From: Thraustochytrium aureum
Taxonomy: Eukaryota
DNA length: 57,315 bases
Direction of reading: 5' to 3'
Assembly (NCBI GenBank): GCA_012862495.1
Contig: BLSG01000207.1
Location: 1,741 to 59,055, forward strand
The notes under the pieces are model-generated. The model had not been told where the DNA came from. It searched no databases and worked only from the letters and a program-made list of their open reading frames with translations. The translations under genes were made by a program, and so were the position numbers. Positions within the stretch are counted from its first letter, which is position 1; every line of letters begins with the position of its first letter. Below are positions 14,201 through 27,053 of this stretch, in pieces.

Positions 14201-17200
14201 TATCGAATGGCTGAGTTGGACTGCCGCACGACGCAATCGTCGATGCCCTCTCGTTGCCAGTAGTAGCGCAGTTGCTGCTGCCAAATGAAGTTTTGAAGCG
14301 AGCCCACGTTTTCGTCTCTCAGCGTCTCAACGATATCGCGTGCGTGCACGTCAGTGGTGACCAGGGCGACGATGATCTTGCGTTCTCGCTTTGTGAGGTC
14401 AGAGCGAACCAGCTCCGTGAGCCTGTCGAGCTCCGCGACATTCTTCTGGTACCAGGCATCAAGAGAGTGCACATGCTCTCCAAAGTACCGCTCCGTGAAG
14501 GTGGCTTGATCGTCACCTTCGTCGCCGTCGTTCCCTGCCGTTTTCTCCGCGACCTCGAGGTCCGCGCTGTCTGGGCTCGTCTGCGACGTTGCGGCGGCGC
14601 TTTTCTGTGACTCGTCGTGGCTTGCAATCGTCGCCTCATTGTTCCGAATCGCGCATTCCGTCCCGAGCACCCAAGCGATTTGCGCGACTGTTGCGACGAC
14701 CTGGCCGGCGTGGCTTCGCACCCACTCGACGCGGTTGCGCTCGAAAAAGTCCAGGAGGCCCGCCTTCATCAGCTTTTGCAACGAAACCTTCATGTTGGAT
14801 TCGACCGCAGTGAGCCAGTCCTCAACATTTCCCGCGCGCTTTGAGGTTCTTTCCGAGCTCGATGCGCTCCCCTTCGGGCGAAATCATCGCCTTGATGTCT
14901 ACCGATTTGGGCTGGTCCCCAAAGTCGAGCGCGACAAGGGCGTCAAAGCACTTGCGCAGGTGCGGCTGCACAGCCTGCGGGTCCTTGGTCTGCGCCAAGA
15001 TCTCAAGCAGCTCGTCATTGGACAAAAAGTAGAACCGCGCAAAGGCCGCGCGTTTGGTCTCGAGGTAGTCCTCCAAGCTCTTCTGGATCTGCTCGAGCGT
15101 CGCGTTGTGCTTTTGCAGTGTCTCCCGCAGGCCGGATCGCGTGCAGCACTTGATGCAGTTTGGGTCGTCCGCTGTGCGGCGCATGTTTTCGCGGAACGAC
15201 GTGTCTATCTTCGCAAAGAGCTTTGACTCGTGCGGCAGTTGACGCTGGATGTCTGGCGCGCTGAAAATCGACTCGAGGTACATCCAGTTGCGCTGGCACG
15301 TGAGCCACTCCTCAAGCGTTTCCTGGAAAGGACCAACTTTTGCTGCCACTCGTCAACAACTCCGCGGATCGGCTTGACAAACCTCGAGCCAAGGATGGTG
15401 TTGACAGTGACCAAAGAGTCGTCGAGGTCGACAATCACATCGTCGACGCCTCCAATGATGTGATCTTTCGTCTCCTTGAATGGCAGAATGGCGAACTCGG
15501 CTGTGCTCCACTTGGTCTGCACCTTTTCCAGCATGGAGAATAAGACGGCCTCCTGCACCGCCTCGGTAGCGATGCATTCGAGGTCGTCGCAATAGTCCAT
15601 GGCGCGGCGCCTGATGAGCTGACCAAGCCTGAGGTCGTCCTCGCCGTTGATTTGGTATCCGAGAATGCGGTGGATGCGGTCCCAGTGCCGCTCGCGAAGA
15701 TCGGCGCACCGCAAGGCAGTGACAACTGGCATCGTGCGCTTGAATTCAAGAACTTTGTCACGCAGCGTGGGCGCGACGAGGTTGCCCGGAAGCGAGCGCT
15801 CCGCCTGCACCGCGGTCTTGAGGTATTTGTCGACCTCTGCAAGGATCGCGGTTGGGTCTACAGCGCAAAACGCCGTCGCGCACCAAGTGTCGGAGAGGCT
15901 GTCCCATGTGCTGAGCGCCTTCCAGAGCTTGGTCTTGATGGCGAGGTCTGCTTTGACTTCGTCGAGGTCGTCGAGGCTCGACACGGGGACCGCTAGGGTC
16001 TTCTGGTAGTGCGCGTAGCGCTCGCGGAGGCCCTGGAGCTCGTCGAGCTGGACCTGCATTTTGGCCAGGTATTCGATGACCTCGACGAACTCGAGTCCGG
16101 GTTGAAGATNNNNNNNNNNNNNNNNNNNNNNNNNNNNNNNNNNNNNNNNNNNNNNNNNNNNNNNNNNNNNNNNNNNNNNNNNNNNNNNNNNNNNNNNNNN
16201 NNNNNNNNNNNNNNNNNNNNNNNNNNNNNNNNNNNNNNNNNNNNNNNNNNNNNNNNNNNNNNNNNNNNNNNNNNNNNNNNNNNNNNNNNNNNNNNNNNNN
16301 NNNNNNNNNNNNNNNNNNNNNNNNNNNNNNNNNNNNNNNNNNNNNNNNNNNNNNNNNNNNNNNNNNNNNNNNNNNNNNNNNNNNNNNNNNNNNNNNNNNN
16401 NNNNNNNNNNNNNNNNNNNNNNNNNNNNNNNNNNNNNNNNNNNNNNNNNNNNNNNNNNNNNNNNNNNNNNNNNNNNNNNNNNNNNNNNNNNNNNNNNNNN
16501 NNNNNNNNNNNNNNNNNNNNNNNNNNNNNNNNNNNNNNNNNNNNNNNNNNNNNNNNNNNNNNNNNNNNNNNNNNNNNNNNNNNNNNNNNNNNNNNNNNNN
16601 NNNNNNNNNNNNNNNNNNNNNNNNNNNNNNNNNNNNNNNNNNNNNNNNNNNNNNNNNNNNNNNNNNNNNNNNNNNNNNNNNNNNNNNNNNNNNNNNNNNN
16701 NNNNNNNNNNNNNNNNNNNNNNNNNNNNNNNAGTGGTGGTGCGCTCCCATGGTGTGCTTGCGGCTCCCGCTCCCTGAAGCTGCTGAGTTGGAATGGTGAT
16801 GCTGGCTGGACTGGCTCTGGCGAGACGCGATTGCATCCAGGAGTTCGGCGGTCGAGGAGCTCGCGAGCACCAGGAGGGTGTCGATGACAAAAAAGTCAAC
16901 GAGCCGAATGTACTTTGTCAGCTTCCTGCACTGCGTCCGCATCGCAGCGCGCTCGGTGAACGTTATCGGTCGGGAGTCAGCGCCAGCCAGACCTCCAGAA
17001 CCAGGACCAAGGCCTGGGCCCGCTGACCCGCCATGACGCTCAAGCTGGTGCCCGGAATCTGCAGCGGCACCGTCTGAGGCACGCGCAAAGCCGCTCTCCT
17101 CGAGGAAGCCGCGGAGGGCGTTGTTACAGGCTCGCAGCAGCGCGTCGCGAATGTTGTCCGAGAACCGATCGAGGTGAAAGCGGACAACCTCGCGCTGGTG

Positions 17201-18377
17201 CTTTTGCGCCTCGGAAAACTCTTCGAGCTCGTAGGTCTTGTGCCCGTTCACAGCAAAGAGGCGGAAGCTCGCCGCGTCAAAGCACAGCTTGCGAAGCTGC
17301 AGAAGCGAGACGCGCAGGAGCGGGTGCAGGATGAACAGCTCCTCCTCCAGGCGCTTCTTGCAAAGTCCGAGTTTCTTCGAGCGCACGCTCGACTTCCAGT
17401 CCATGAACGACTTCCACAGCCGATAACGGCGAAAGAAAGCGATCTCCTTCATCTGTGAAAAGAGATAGAACTCGCGCTCAAACTGCTCGATCGACATAAA
17501 CTCGGTCACGCCGTCTGCGTATTGTGTAGTGATCCCAGTCGAGGAAACAATGTAGTAGTCTCGCCCAGAGTCGCTCAGAGCGGCTTTGTTCTGGGCCAAC
17601 TCCAGGTCGTACGCGGTTCCACCGCTCAAACGTGTAAAGTACAGGAAAGAGCTTTCGTCTGTCATGTGGGCGCACGCCGGCTCCTCAGCCATCATACGCT
17701 CGGTGAAGCTCACAAACCCAGCTTTGAAACGGCGCTGCTTCGCAATGTCCAAGGAGAGAGATCGCAAGGACCGCTCCCCTTGCCCTTCGTCGCGGGCTTC
17801 CCTTCGCCAAGTCTTCGAGCCCACTGTGCTCGTCGCGGACGGGTCTTCGAGTTTGCGTTCCACGTCCTCTGTTCCCTCTCGATCGCTCTGCGTTCCTGGA
17901 CACCTGCGTCTGAGCGCTCGTCTAGGCTGCGAATCTCGTCCGGCTCGGAACCCTCCTTCACAGAACCCGCTTTACGAAGGCTCCGCTGTCGGAACGGAAA
18001 GGCGACTGGCTTGGAAGCTGACGCGCCCGAGCGCCCTTCGTTCAGCGGTGGGCGCGGCTCGAGACCGCGAGGTGAGGTCACAGCAGCGCGCGGGGACAGC
18101 GCTCCCGCGCCGCCGCCGTCACCCCCGGCGCGGTAAAGCCTGCTGCCAAGGCGCTCTCTAGCCCGATTGACCGCCGCAGGAAGCAGCAAGTCCTCGGGCT
18201 TTGGAACAGCTGCAGCACCGCGGGTCTGCGCTGCATCTTTCTTTCCGAGGGCCCGGCTCGATTTCCTTGCCGCATGATCGCCCATGTCGGGCCCCTCGCT
18301 CAGCCCTCGCCGGCTCTCCCGCGTCCGGCCGCCAAAACGCTGCGGTTCGCGCCGCTCGCCTTGCACTTGACGAGGTC
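5224..18377 (-). CDS. DNAH6: Axonemal inner-arm dynein heavy chain, DNAH6-like; no introns seen in the sequenced parts; interrupted by 3 gaps and about 5 single-base indels
   Basis: P-loops GPAGTGKT (AAA1), GPTGGGKT (AAA2), GVTGTGKT (AAA3), GVGGSGKQ (AAA4); CLDEFNRIDIEVLSVVAQQ; stalk/MTBD; GQINYGGRVTDDWDRR; C-terminal YKTSKRAGALSTTGMSTNFV; N-terminal FRRYRLWKSF..WKSSVRSKK resembles DNAH6. Frame breaks near 10158, 11028, 14829, 15328, 17875. Start either ATG 18285 or in gap. Confidence 0.9.
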
Positions 18378-18710
18378 NNNNNNNNNNNNNNNNNNNNNNN
18401 NNNNNNNNNNNNNNNNNNNNNNNNNNNNNNNNNNNNNNNNNNNNNNNNNNNNNNNNNNNNNNNNNNNNNNNNNNNNNNNNNNNNNNNNNNNNNNNNNNNN
18501 NNNNNNNNNNNNNNNNNNNNNNNNNNNNNNNNNNNNNNNNNNNNNNNNNNNNNNNNNNNNNNNNNNNNNNNNNNNNNNNNNNNNNNNNNNNNNNNNNNNN
18601 NNNNNNNNNNNNNNNNNNNNNNNNNNNNNNNNNNNNNNNNNNNNNNNNNNNNNNNNNNNNNNNNNNNNNNNNNNNNNNNNNNNNNNNNNNNNNNNNNNNN
18701 NNNNNNNNNN

Positions 18711-18851
18711 CGTTCCCCAAAGCGGAACACTGCTTGTTCTCTTCGTTCCCCAGTGCGGAACATTGTTTGTTCTCTTCGTTCCCCAGTGAGGAACATTGTT
18801 TGCTCTATTCGTTCCCCTGCGCGGAACGCACTTCATTCTTTGTTCTCTTCG
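18711..18851. repeat. 33-bp tandem repeat (4+ copies, truncated by gap), each unit with GTTCC-N7-GGAAC inverted repeat
   Basis: Units CGTTCCCCAAAGCGGAACACTGCTTGTTCTCTT / CGTTCCCCAGTGCGGAACATTGTTTGTTCTCTT / CGTTCCCCAGTGAGGAACATTGTTTGCTCTATT / CGTTCCCCTGCGCGGAAC... Confidence 0.9.
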
Positions 18852-19043
18852 ATCGCTGCGAGGACCAGGCACGAGGCGTTGGGACAGATCACGGAAGGGA
18901 GAGGGAGGCAACGCGGGTGCGGCGCTCGACGCGCGGGGCGATCGGAGGCTGCGCGAGCACGGCGAAAGGCGCTGCTGCGCGCTGCAGGGCCCGCGACCCA
19001 GCAGACGATAGGGCTGAGACGGGCCTTGGCGTGGCAAGGGCTG

Positions 19044-21076
19044 ATGGAGGCCGTACTTGAACGCGTGCTGGCCCACCTGCCTGACTCGGAGGCGTACAGG
19101 GAGGCCAGGGAGCAGGTGGAGAACGAGCTGAAGGCAACGTTCCAGGACCCACCCGTGGATGACCTGGAGGCTGTTGTGAGAGAGCCGTTCACGCTGGAAC
19201 GAGCGAGGGCGCTCCTGTTTGAGCCGAGCGTCGGGTCGCGCGGGCAGGCTCGACTGTACCCCGTCCTCATCTGCAGCCCACCCGACGGCGCGCCTCGAGA
19301 GCACCCGCAGTACCGCGTGCAAGCGCTGTGCCTCTCTCTGGTTGCCAATTCGCACATCTACGGGTGCGAATTCGCGACCGAGTTTGTGCTAGCCGGCGGT
19401 CTCAGCGCGCTGGCGCAGCTCATGGTGCATTCCAAGCCCATGTTTCGGGTGCACGCAATGCGGAGTTTCGTTGCGATCACCGCATCAGAGCAGCTCGATT
19501 GGTTTTCGCCGGCCAAGTCGGCTGGCACGACCGCGCTTCACCAGCAGATGCTGATGCTCGCTCGGACAAGTTTCGTGGCAAACGTTCTGGACAACTACGA
19601 GTGCGAGGTGCCTGGAGGCTCCCATCTCGCTCTGCGAATCCTCGCGTTCTTCCTGTCCTGGCTAAGGCTCTTGTACACGAAGGACAACACGATTAAGGTG
19701 AGCCGTGAGATCATCAGCGCCCTGCTTTACTTGGTCCGAGAGAGCCGACGTCCCAGCAGAAGAGCGCGAGTTCGCTCTCACCTTGTTCGAGGACTTTCGA
19801 AAGTTTCCGGCAGATGAGGCGAACGAGGCTGCGGATGAACCGGAGACGGAAGGATTTGCACGGCGGAGCGGACTGGATGTCCTGCAGCTGCAGGGGACTG
19901 CAGAGGTGCTGCAAACGTCGGCAGTTGAGCCCCCCAACAGGAACGAAGAAGGCCAAAGCAAGGCCGACCAGTTGCAGGCGCAATTATCGCTCAAGGCTCA
20001 AGGCAACAGCTGTTTTGCACAAGCCGAGTACGAGCGCGCCATCGTATTGTACACTGCGGCCCTGGAGCAGGCGGAAAACGCCGCAGGGAGCGTCGCTGCT
20101 AGACTGCACGGCAACATCGCTGCAGCTCATATGGAGCTGGGCAGAAGCTTGGGGCTTGCAAGCCAGCAAGGGTTTGCTCACCTTGCGCAGTGCGCCGTGC
20201 ACAGCGAGAGAGCCATCGAGTTTGACGCGAAATACGTCAAGGCCTTCTACCGGCTTGCGCAGGCACGCATCGAGTCTGGCCAGCTCGACGCCGCCCGAAG
20301 ACGCTGTAGAGCGCGGAAGGCAGCTTGCATCTGATGCAGCTGAGCGCAAGCCGTTCGACGCGCTGCGTCGCAAGCTCGCCTTTCTGGCTGAGACCTCAGC
20401 AGACCGCCGCGCAGAGCTCGAAACGATATACAGGGCAATCCTGAGCCGGTTTTTGCCGCCAGACGAGGCGCATGCTGCTGAGCTTCCTGATGCGGGAGCG
20501 AAACGCGAAGGTTGCATCGCCAACGCTGAGGCTTGCGCGGCTCCAACTGTTCCAAGTCCTGAGACTTCAGCAAGCACCCGGGCGGAGCGCGCACGAAGTC
20601 ATAGCACTAGCGTCGAGTCGGAGCGCAAGCTCGCCGAGGATGAGGTTCCCCTGTCGCGGAATTCGGTTGGAGATCCCAGCTCACCGGCGGCCCGCGGAGG
20701 GTCGAAAAAGAAGCCAGGTAGCGAGGGAAAGGTTAAACTCACAGTGGCGCGCCTGCGCAGGAAAAGGGGGGACGAGCTCACAGAGGCCCTCTTGGCGTTG
20801 GATGGCGACAAGCTTCGCGTGCTGCTTGGTGCCAACTTGGACGACACCTTGCTCAGCAGCATCGTGGACTGCGTCGACGCAATGCTACCCGGGCGCGCTG
20901 CTGATGCGCTTTGTATCATGGAGCGGCTATCTCGTGTGGAACGCCTCAGCCTCGTCCTCATGCTGGCTCCAGCAAAAGTGTCTGATCGCCTTGCTTCAAT
21001 ATTTGCCATCCTTGGACCAGCACTTCGAGAAAGCAGCGACAAGGTCCGGGAGGTGGCTGGAGCGTTTCAATTGTAG
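19044..21076 (+). CDS. TPR + RPAP3_C domain protein (RPAP3/SPAG1-like Hsp90 co-chaperone) with helical N-terminal region
   Basis: TPR clamp LKAQGNSCFAQAEYERAIVLYTAAL...HGNIAAAHMELG...DAKYVKAFYRLAQA; C-terminal LRVLLGANLDDTLLSSIV...MERLSRVERLSLVLMLA typical of RPAP3_C; 1-nt insertions near 19731 and 20295 join three ORFs. Confidence 0.7.
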
Positions 21077-22179
21077 AGCCACTTCACCACACCGAAAACG
21101 AGCAAGATCGCAAGGCAGCGCAGTTTCTGCTCGAGAACGAGGAGATAGTTGAGTACCTCGCTTTACGAGCGCAAGACACAACTGCAACCTAAAACCCTCC
21201 ATGACAGTTGGGTACGGATGTCGCTCGCCAGAGACAGCGGAATCTCTCGCCAATTTCGTATGCTTGTTTTCTTTTACTTGCGTATCGTATGTCGCCCCAA
21301 GGAAAAACGTTCCCTGAAGCATGCCAGCACAACCCACTTTACCAGCACGACTCGAACAGACCGCTTTGCCGTGAACAGCGCGGCGGCGGCGGCNNNNNNN
21401 NNNNNNNNNNNNNNNNNNNNNNNNNNNNNNNNNNNNNNNNNNNNNNNNNNNNNNNNNNNNNNNNNNNNNNNNNNNNNNNNNNNNNNNNNNNNNNNNNNNN
21501 NNNNNNNNNNNNNNNNNNNNNNNNNNNNNNNNNNNNNNNNNNNNNNNNNNNNNNNNNNNNNNNNNNNNNNNNNNNNNNNNNNNNNNNNNNNNNNNNNNNN
21601 NNNNNNNNNNNNNNNNNNNNNNNNNNNNNNNNNNNNNNNNNNNNNNNNNNNNNNNNNNNNNNNNNNNNNNNNNNNNNNNNNNNNNNNNNNNNNNNNNNNN
21701 NNNNNNNNNNNNNNNNNNNNNNNNNNNNNNNNNNNNNNNNNNNNNNNNNNNNNNNNNNNNNNNNNNNNNNNNNNNNNNNNNNNNNNNNNNNNNNNNNNNN
21801 NNNNNNNNNNNNNNNNNNNNNNNNNNNNNNNNNNNNNNNNNNNNNNNNNNNNNNNNNNNNNNNNNNNNNNNNNNNNNNNNNNNNNNNNNNNNNNNNNNNN
21901 NNNNNNNNNNNNNNNNNNNNNNNNNNNNNNNNNNNNNNNNNNNNNNNNNNNNNNNNNNNNNNNNNNNNNNNNNNNNNNNNNNNNNNNNNNNNNNNNNNNN
22001 NNNNNNNNNNNNNNNNNNNNNNNNNNNNNNNNNNNNNNNNNNNNNNNNNNNNNNNNNNNNNNNNNNNNNNNNNNNNNNNNNNNNNNNNNNNNNNNNNNNN
22101 NNNNNNNNNNNNNNNNNNNNNNNNNNNNNNNNNNNNNNNNNNNNNNNNNNNNNNNNNNNNNNNNNNNNAACACTCGCCC

Positions 22180-22230
22180 ACCCCTCCCTCCCTCCCTCCC
22201 TCCCTCCTCCCTCCATTCATTCATTCATTC
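22180..22230. repeat. (CCCT)n followed by (CATT)n microsatellite
   Basis: Seen directly next to gap. Confidence 0.8.
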
Positions 22231-22450
22231 AACAAACGTCAGCCAGAAAAGGCGGCCGTTCAGACTGCCAAGAGGTCAAATCCCAGGGACGCCTCGATTG
22301 CCGGCTACCTGGTCGTTCGTGCGAGCAGGCAGGAGGAGAGGCCGCGTCAAGCCATTCTCACCGCGCCAACGGGTCGTTTTGCACCTTGGCCCTTGCAAAA
22401 ACCAACCGCTCTGGCCGCCGCGGTTAGGTCGCCACCTCGACACTCCGCCG

Positions 22451-22465
22451 CGTAACCTAACCTAG
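22451..22465 (+). promoter_or_regulatory. Telomere-repeat-like (telo-box-like) motif CGTAACCTAACCTAG
   Basis: Near-identical copy at 34371-34386; both lie upstream of plus-strand genes; function inferred only. Confidence 0.3.
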
Positions 22466-22751
22466 CAGGTATCCGTTGGCACACGCGCCACGCAGACGGC
22501 CTTCGAGGGCGATCGCGCTGGGCCACGCACGAGAGCTCGGCATCCGCGATTGACGCTGCAGCTCCGAGCTCGGCGCCCTGTGTCCGTCCGAATGCAGTGC
22601 GTTGCGTTGCGCGCCTGCCGGCCTGCTCGGCGGCGTTTGTGTCTCGTAGAAGAGTGAGCGCGCCAGCCACGTTTGGCGAGCGGCGCAAGCGAGAAGCGGG
22701 GACAAGGCGGGCGCACGAGGAAGAGAAACGGGCGATCGCGACCTTCATGCG

Positions 22752-25700
22752 ATGGGAAGCAGGCATCGGAACGGGGCGCGCAAGCCGCTGGGGACGGCCG
22801 CTCGAGGTCCAGCGCACGGGGACCACAGAAGAATCGCTAGTATCGCCGACGCGCGAATTCCACAAACGGTTGCGGCGAGCTTGGAGAGACGCCAACAACT
22901 CAAAGGGCCTTCGGCGCGGAACCCGAGCGAGATCCTCGGCCTCGGGCTGAATTTGGCAACAGACCGGCCTGCGCGCAACGGACGGGCAAGGGGGAGTCCA
23001 GGATCTAGCAATGCTCCTTTTTCGAGCCAAATCAGCACGGCTGACCGTTTCGGGCTCAGCGGCAATCCTTTCGCGTCAGATGCGGACCGGGGCACCAGGT
23101 CCCGGGCCGGGTCGCCCATGCGGCACGGGCGCGGCGCCGTCTCGGACGCGCTCATGGACCACATTGGTGCTGAGATGCATGCAAAGGGAGACGCCTCGGC
23201 GCAGCTCCTCGGTATTCGCCCAAAGATGACGGACTTGGCTCAGCGCAGCGCGGGCGATCGACAGCGGCTGCCCACACTTACTAGTTACATTCCCCTGATG
23301 CGCGAGTCGGACGAGCAGCGGCAACTGCGGTCAAACTCGCATCACCTCAGCGCTTTGAGCGGCAAGTTTCCTGCAGCGCACGTGGGACAAGGCGTTGGGA
23401 ACGGGATCATCGTAGAGTGGTCGGCAAGTCGATGCCATGGCGCAGTTGCGAGCGGTGGGCCACTTGGGTCCAGCGGCGAGCGGCCCTTCGGAGGTGGTTC
23501 CGCAGGGGAACGCGCCCCTGGGGAACAACGCCACCAGCGGCCCAGAGTGCTGCCTGTCGAAGGCAGCAAGTTCCGCACTGACGAGGAGATTGTGACAAAA
23601 ATGATGATGGAGATGAACTCGCAGCAGCTGCAGCTTGTCAAGCGGGACTTTCAACGGAACGGCGGGGAGCTCGACCTGGAAGAGTTTGTTCAGGTGATGA
23701 TCAAGTACCAGCCTGAAAAGGAGAGCGACGAGGCAGAAGTGGAGACAGTCGCAAAGCTGTGCGAGTTTTTCTCGCAGGTAGACATCAATGGGGACGGGTC
23801 CATGGAGTGGGGCGAGTTCACCAGCTTCATCGTCGAGTCTTCGCAAGACCGCGACAACTTTCGGGTGGACAATATTAAAAAGTACAGCGCGAGCTCGATC
23901 CCGCCGGCGCCGGCCACCACGTACGACACCCGCGTGGACTACATGCACTATCTGGAGGACCTCGATCTCTTCGTGGCCTGCGACACGAACCGGATGATGA
24001 ACGTTTACAACGCCAGCGACTGTTCGCTGGTCAAGCGGGTGAGTGGGCACAACGGCGTCGTGCACAACGCCTCCTACCTGCGCGGGCGCGGCGCGTCGAG
24101 CTACCTTGTGACCAGCGCAAACGACAGCACAATCGGGTTTTGGGACACCGTAAACTTTGAGCTGTGCCAGCAGATGCCGACCCCGGACGTGCAAATGGCC
24201 CTCGAGTGGGGCGGCGCTCACCACAACAAGCTCTTTTCGGGCGGCGTGGACGGAGCCATCAATATCTGGGACGTCGACAACCTCCAGCGCCTGGAGCGGC
24301 TCGTGGGCCACCGCGACATTGTGATGGACTTGCATGGCATTGAAACCATGGGCGTCGTCGCGAGCGCCTCGCTGGACTCTGAGATCAAGTTTTGGGATAT
24401 TCCCACGCAAACGCTCAGAAAAAGCCTCCCAGGCCACTCAAAGGGGGTTTTCAGCTTGGCGTACGCCCCAGAGTACCGGTTTTTGGTTTCTGCCGGCTTT
24501 GACCACGATGCGCTGGTGTGGAATCCGTACGTTGAACACCTGATCTGCCCGCTCAAAGGCCACAACTCGTCGCTCGTTGGCGTCAAAGCGATCCCCAACA
24601 CACCAGAGATCATCACTGCGGACAACGAAGGTTTCTTCAAGATCTGGGACATTCGCAACTTTAGTTGCGTGCAGACCTTTTCGTCGCGCGAGGCCGCCAC
24701 AAATCAGGACGACGGCGCTGGGGCCGCCATTTACGCCAACCCCAAAACGCGCACCAGCAGACGCGATTCGACTTTCGTCTCCCCAACAAAGGTGGGCTCA
24801 ATCGGCAAGGGGGGCAGCGCTTGCCGAGGTCAGGCTAGCGTGGCCGCGATCTCGGAGCTCGAGCGCGAAAACATCGACAAGCGGCGAAGCCTCGACTCTG
24901 GCCTCCCGCTTGCCGGCGCTGCCGTCGGCATTAGCGCTGCGAGTTTGAACAGCAAGCTGAACTGCTTTTCGTACGCGACCAAGCACAAGCGCATTGCCGC
25001 CGCGAACCACGACTTGCGCTTTTTCGACTACGACCAGCCCGCGGACCCGCTGGTCTCAGACCAGGCACCCACGGTCGGGATAATCTTCAACGAGAGCGCC
25101 CTGACGTTGACGACGGCTGCTGGGCAATCCGTCAAGCTCTGGGACGCAGAGAGTGGGCGGCTGCTCCGAATCTACCGCGACATCAGCGAGACGGAGATCA
25201 CAGCCCTGTGCTTTGACGGGCGAAAGCGCAAGTTTATTACAGGCGACCATGCTGGCAAGGTCACGGTGTTCAATCTAGCGAATGGGGCGCGTATGAAGGA
25301 GCTCAGTGCGCATGAAAGCGAGATTGTCGCGCTGCACTCCCAAGCAGAGACACAGCGCATCATTTCCTGCTCCTGGGACGGCACGATTAAGATCTCGGAC
25401 GAGAGCGACCCGGAGGAAGCCGTCGTGCTGCACCAGCTCAGCCACCATGCGTCCGTCCGCGTGCTGCTCGGCACCGTGTCAGGGGCCCCGAGGAGCAAGC
25501 CGAGCTTGAGAGCGCGTTTTTGGCTGCCAGGGCTAGTCAGTTGAACAAGGTCACGGACACAGGCAAGCTTTCGGTCCAGCGCGACGTCGCTGCCATGGCA
25601 GTGTCCAAGACGCAAAACCTTTTGGCCACCGCCGCGCTGGATATGACGATTTGCCTCTTCCGCGTCGACACTGGCGCCGCCGAGTCTATTTGCTGCGGGC

Positions 25701-27053
25701 ATCGGGTGGAGATCACGTGTCTCGCGTTCCTAGATCCCCTCCCGTACCTGGTTTCGACGGACGGCCACGGCAACGTCCTGGTTTGGCCGATCGGCCAGCC
25801 TGGTACCAGGACACTGCCCTTGGGGCGATTTCAGAACAACCGGATGCGCGCCCCTGACGCTGCACAAGCGGCTGCAGGATCTCTGGCCGCGCCCGCTTCC
25901 AAGTTTGGGAGCGAGCTTGGGCTTGAAGGCCATGTGGATGAGCTCGCCAATGGGTCCACGTTGACTGGAACGGGCCACAAGTTGAGCGTTCTCGCGACAA
26001 AGTGGGTCCAGAGGACATGGTGTTGTTCACCGGCGACGAGCACGGGGTCGTGCGTGGATGGGACCTGCGCGCTCTGTTGGGGGAAACCGAGGCGAACGCA
26101 AGCAAGGTCGCGTCGTCAGCGGGCTCCAAGCAAAGCGGGAGCAAAGCGCAGAAGAGCGCAGTTTCTTCCTAACTGAGCCAGGCGGTGCAGACCGATCCCG
26201 CTTGGCGGGCGACGACCCAGCTGCAGACGGGCGCGGGCCGCCGCACCGGCCAAATCGACGGCGTGCGAGCTTCTTGGAACGCGTCGCAGAAGTCAAGCAG
26301 GACCATGACCGGAACATCGCGCTCCAGACGCGCGTTCCCAAGCAGGGCGCTGATCTCGCAGTTTCTTGGCAAGCTCACGACGGTCCGGTTCGAGGGCTTT
26401 TCGTGATGGACTCTCCAAAGGCGGTTGTATCGACGGGCTTGGACCGCATGGTGTACATATGGAGCCTGAGCGGCGTTTTGCTTGGCAAGCTGCACCAGGG
26501 GTCGGCACAGGAGAGATTTGCAGACCTCAACTGGGCTTTCCCGGTGGACAGGGCAGAGCAAACGCTGATCAGCATCGATCGCGCGCGAGAGGTGCTTGAG
26601 TCGATCTGTCCAGCTGGTGGGCGGGTGAAGAGGATTCGAGACTTTGACTTGCTGAGCCTCGCCGATTCCGGGAGTTCTGGAAGCCTTGAGAGCGAGAGCT
26701 CTGCAGCCAAGGGGGGCGAGGCCCGGCTTGCAAGGCCAAGCACAAGCAGTGTGGCTAGCAACGGATGGGACCCGCGATTGAGCCTCGTCCGCGGCAAGCG
26801 GGGCTCTGCACGCGACGATCGATTTNNNNNNNNNNNNNNNNNNNNNNNNNNNNNNNNNNNNNNNNNNNNNNNNNNNNNNNNNNNNNNNNNNNNNNNNNNN
26901 NNNNNNNNNNNNNNNNNNNNNNNNNNNNNNNNNNNNNNNNNNNNNNNNNNNNNNNNNNGCCAAAGCGCGCGTGCCCCGCTGTTTTCGCGCAAGGTGACTT
27001 TGAGCAAGGACGAGGAAGTCGCGGCTGAGCGCCTCTTCAATGCGCTGCTCTGA
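22752..27053 (+). CDS. EF-hand + WD40 repeat protein (WDR49/EFCAB8-like, probably ciliary)
   Basis: EF-hand FSQVDINGDGSMEWGEFTSF followed by many WD repeats (GHRDIVMDL, SASLDSEIKFWD, LVSAGFDHDALVWNPY, LKGHNSSLV, KIWDIRNFSCVQTF, WQAHDGPV); frame breaks near 25485 and 26000-26100; start codon uncertain. Confidence 0.8.

Noticed and set aside
5224..18377. Programmed ribosomal frameshifting (Euplotes-like) or RNA editing in dynein and other genes
   Set aside because: Breaks go in both directions, lack a common slippery or stop motif and sit mainly in homopolymers; sequencing error is simpler
18711..18851. CRISPR array (GTTCCCC hairpin resembles type I-E repeats) or heat-shock elements
   Set aside because: No unique spacers, no cas genes and eukaryotic context; TTC-to-GAA offset of 12 is out of phase for an HSE
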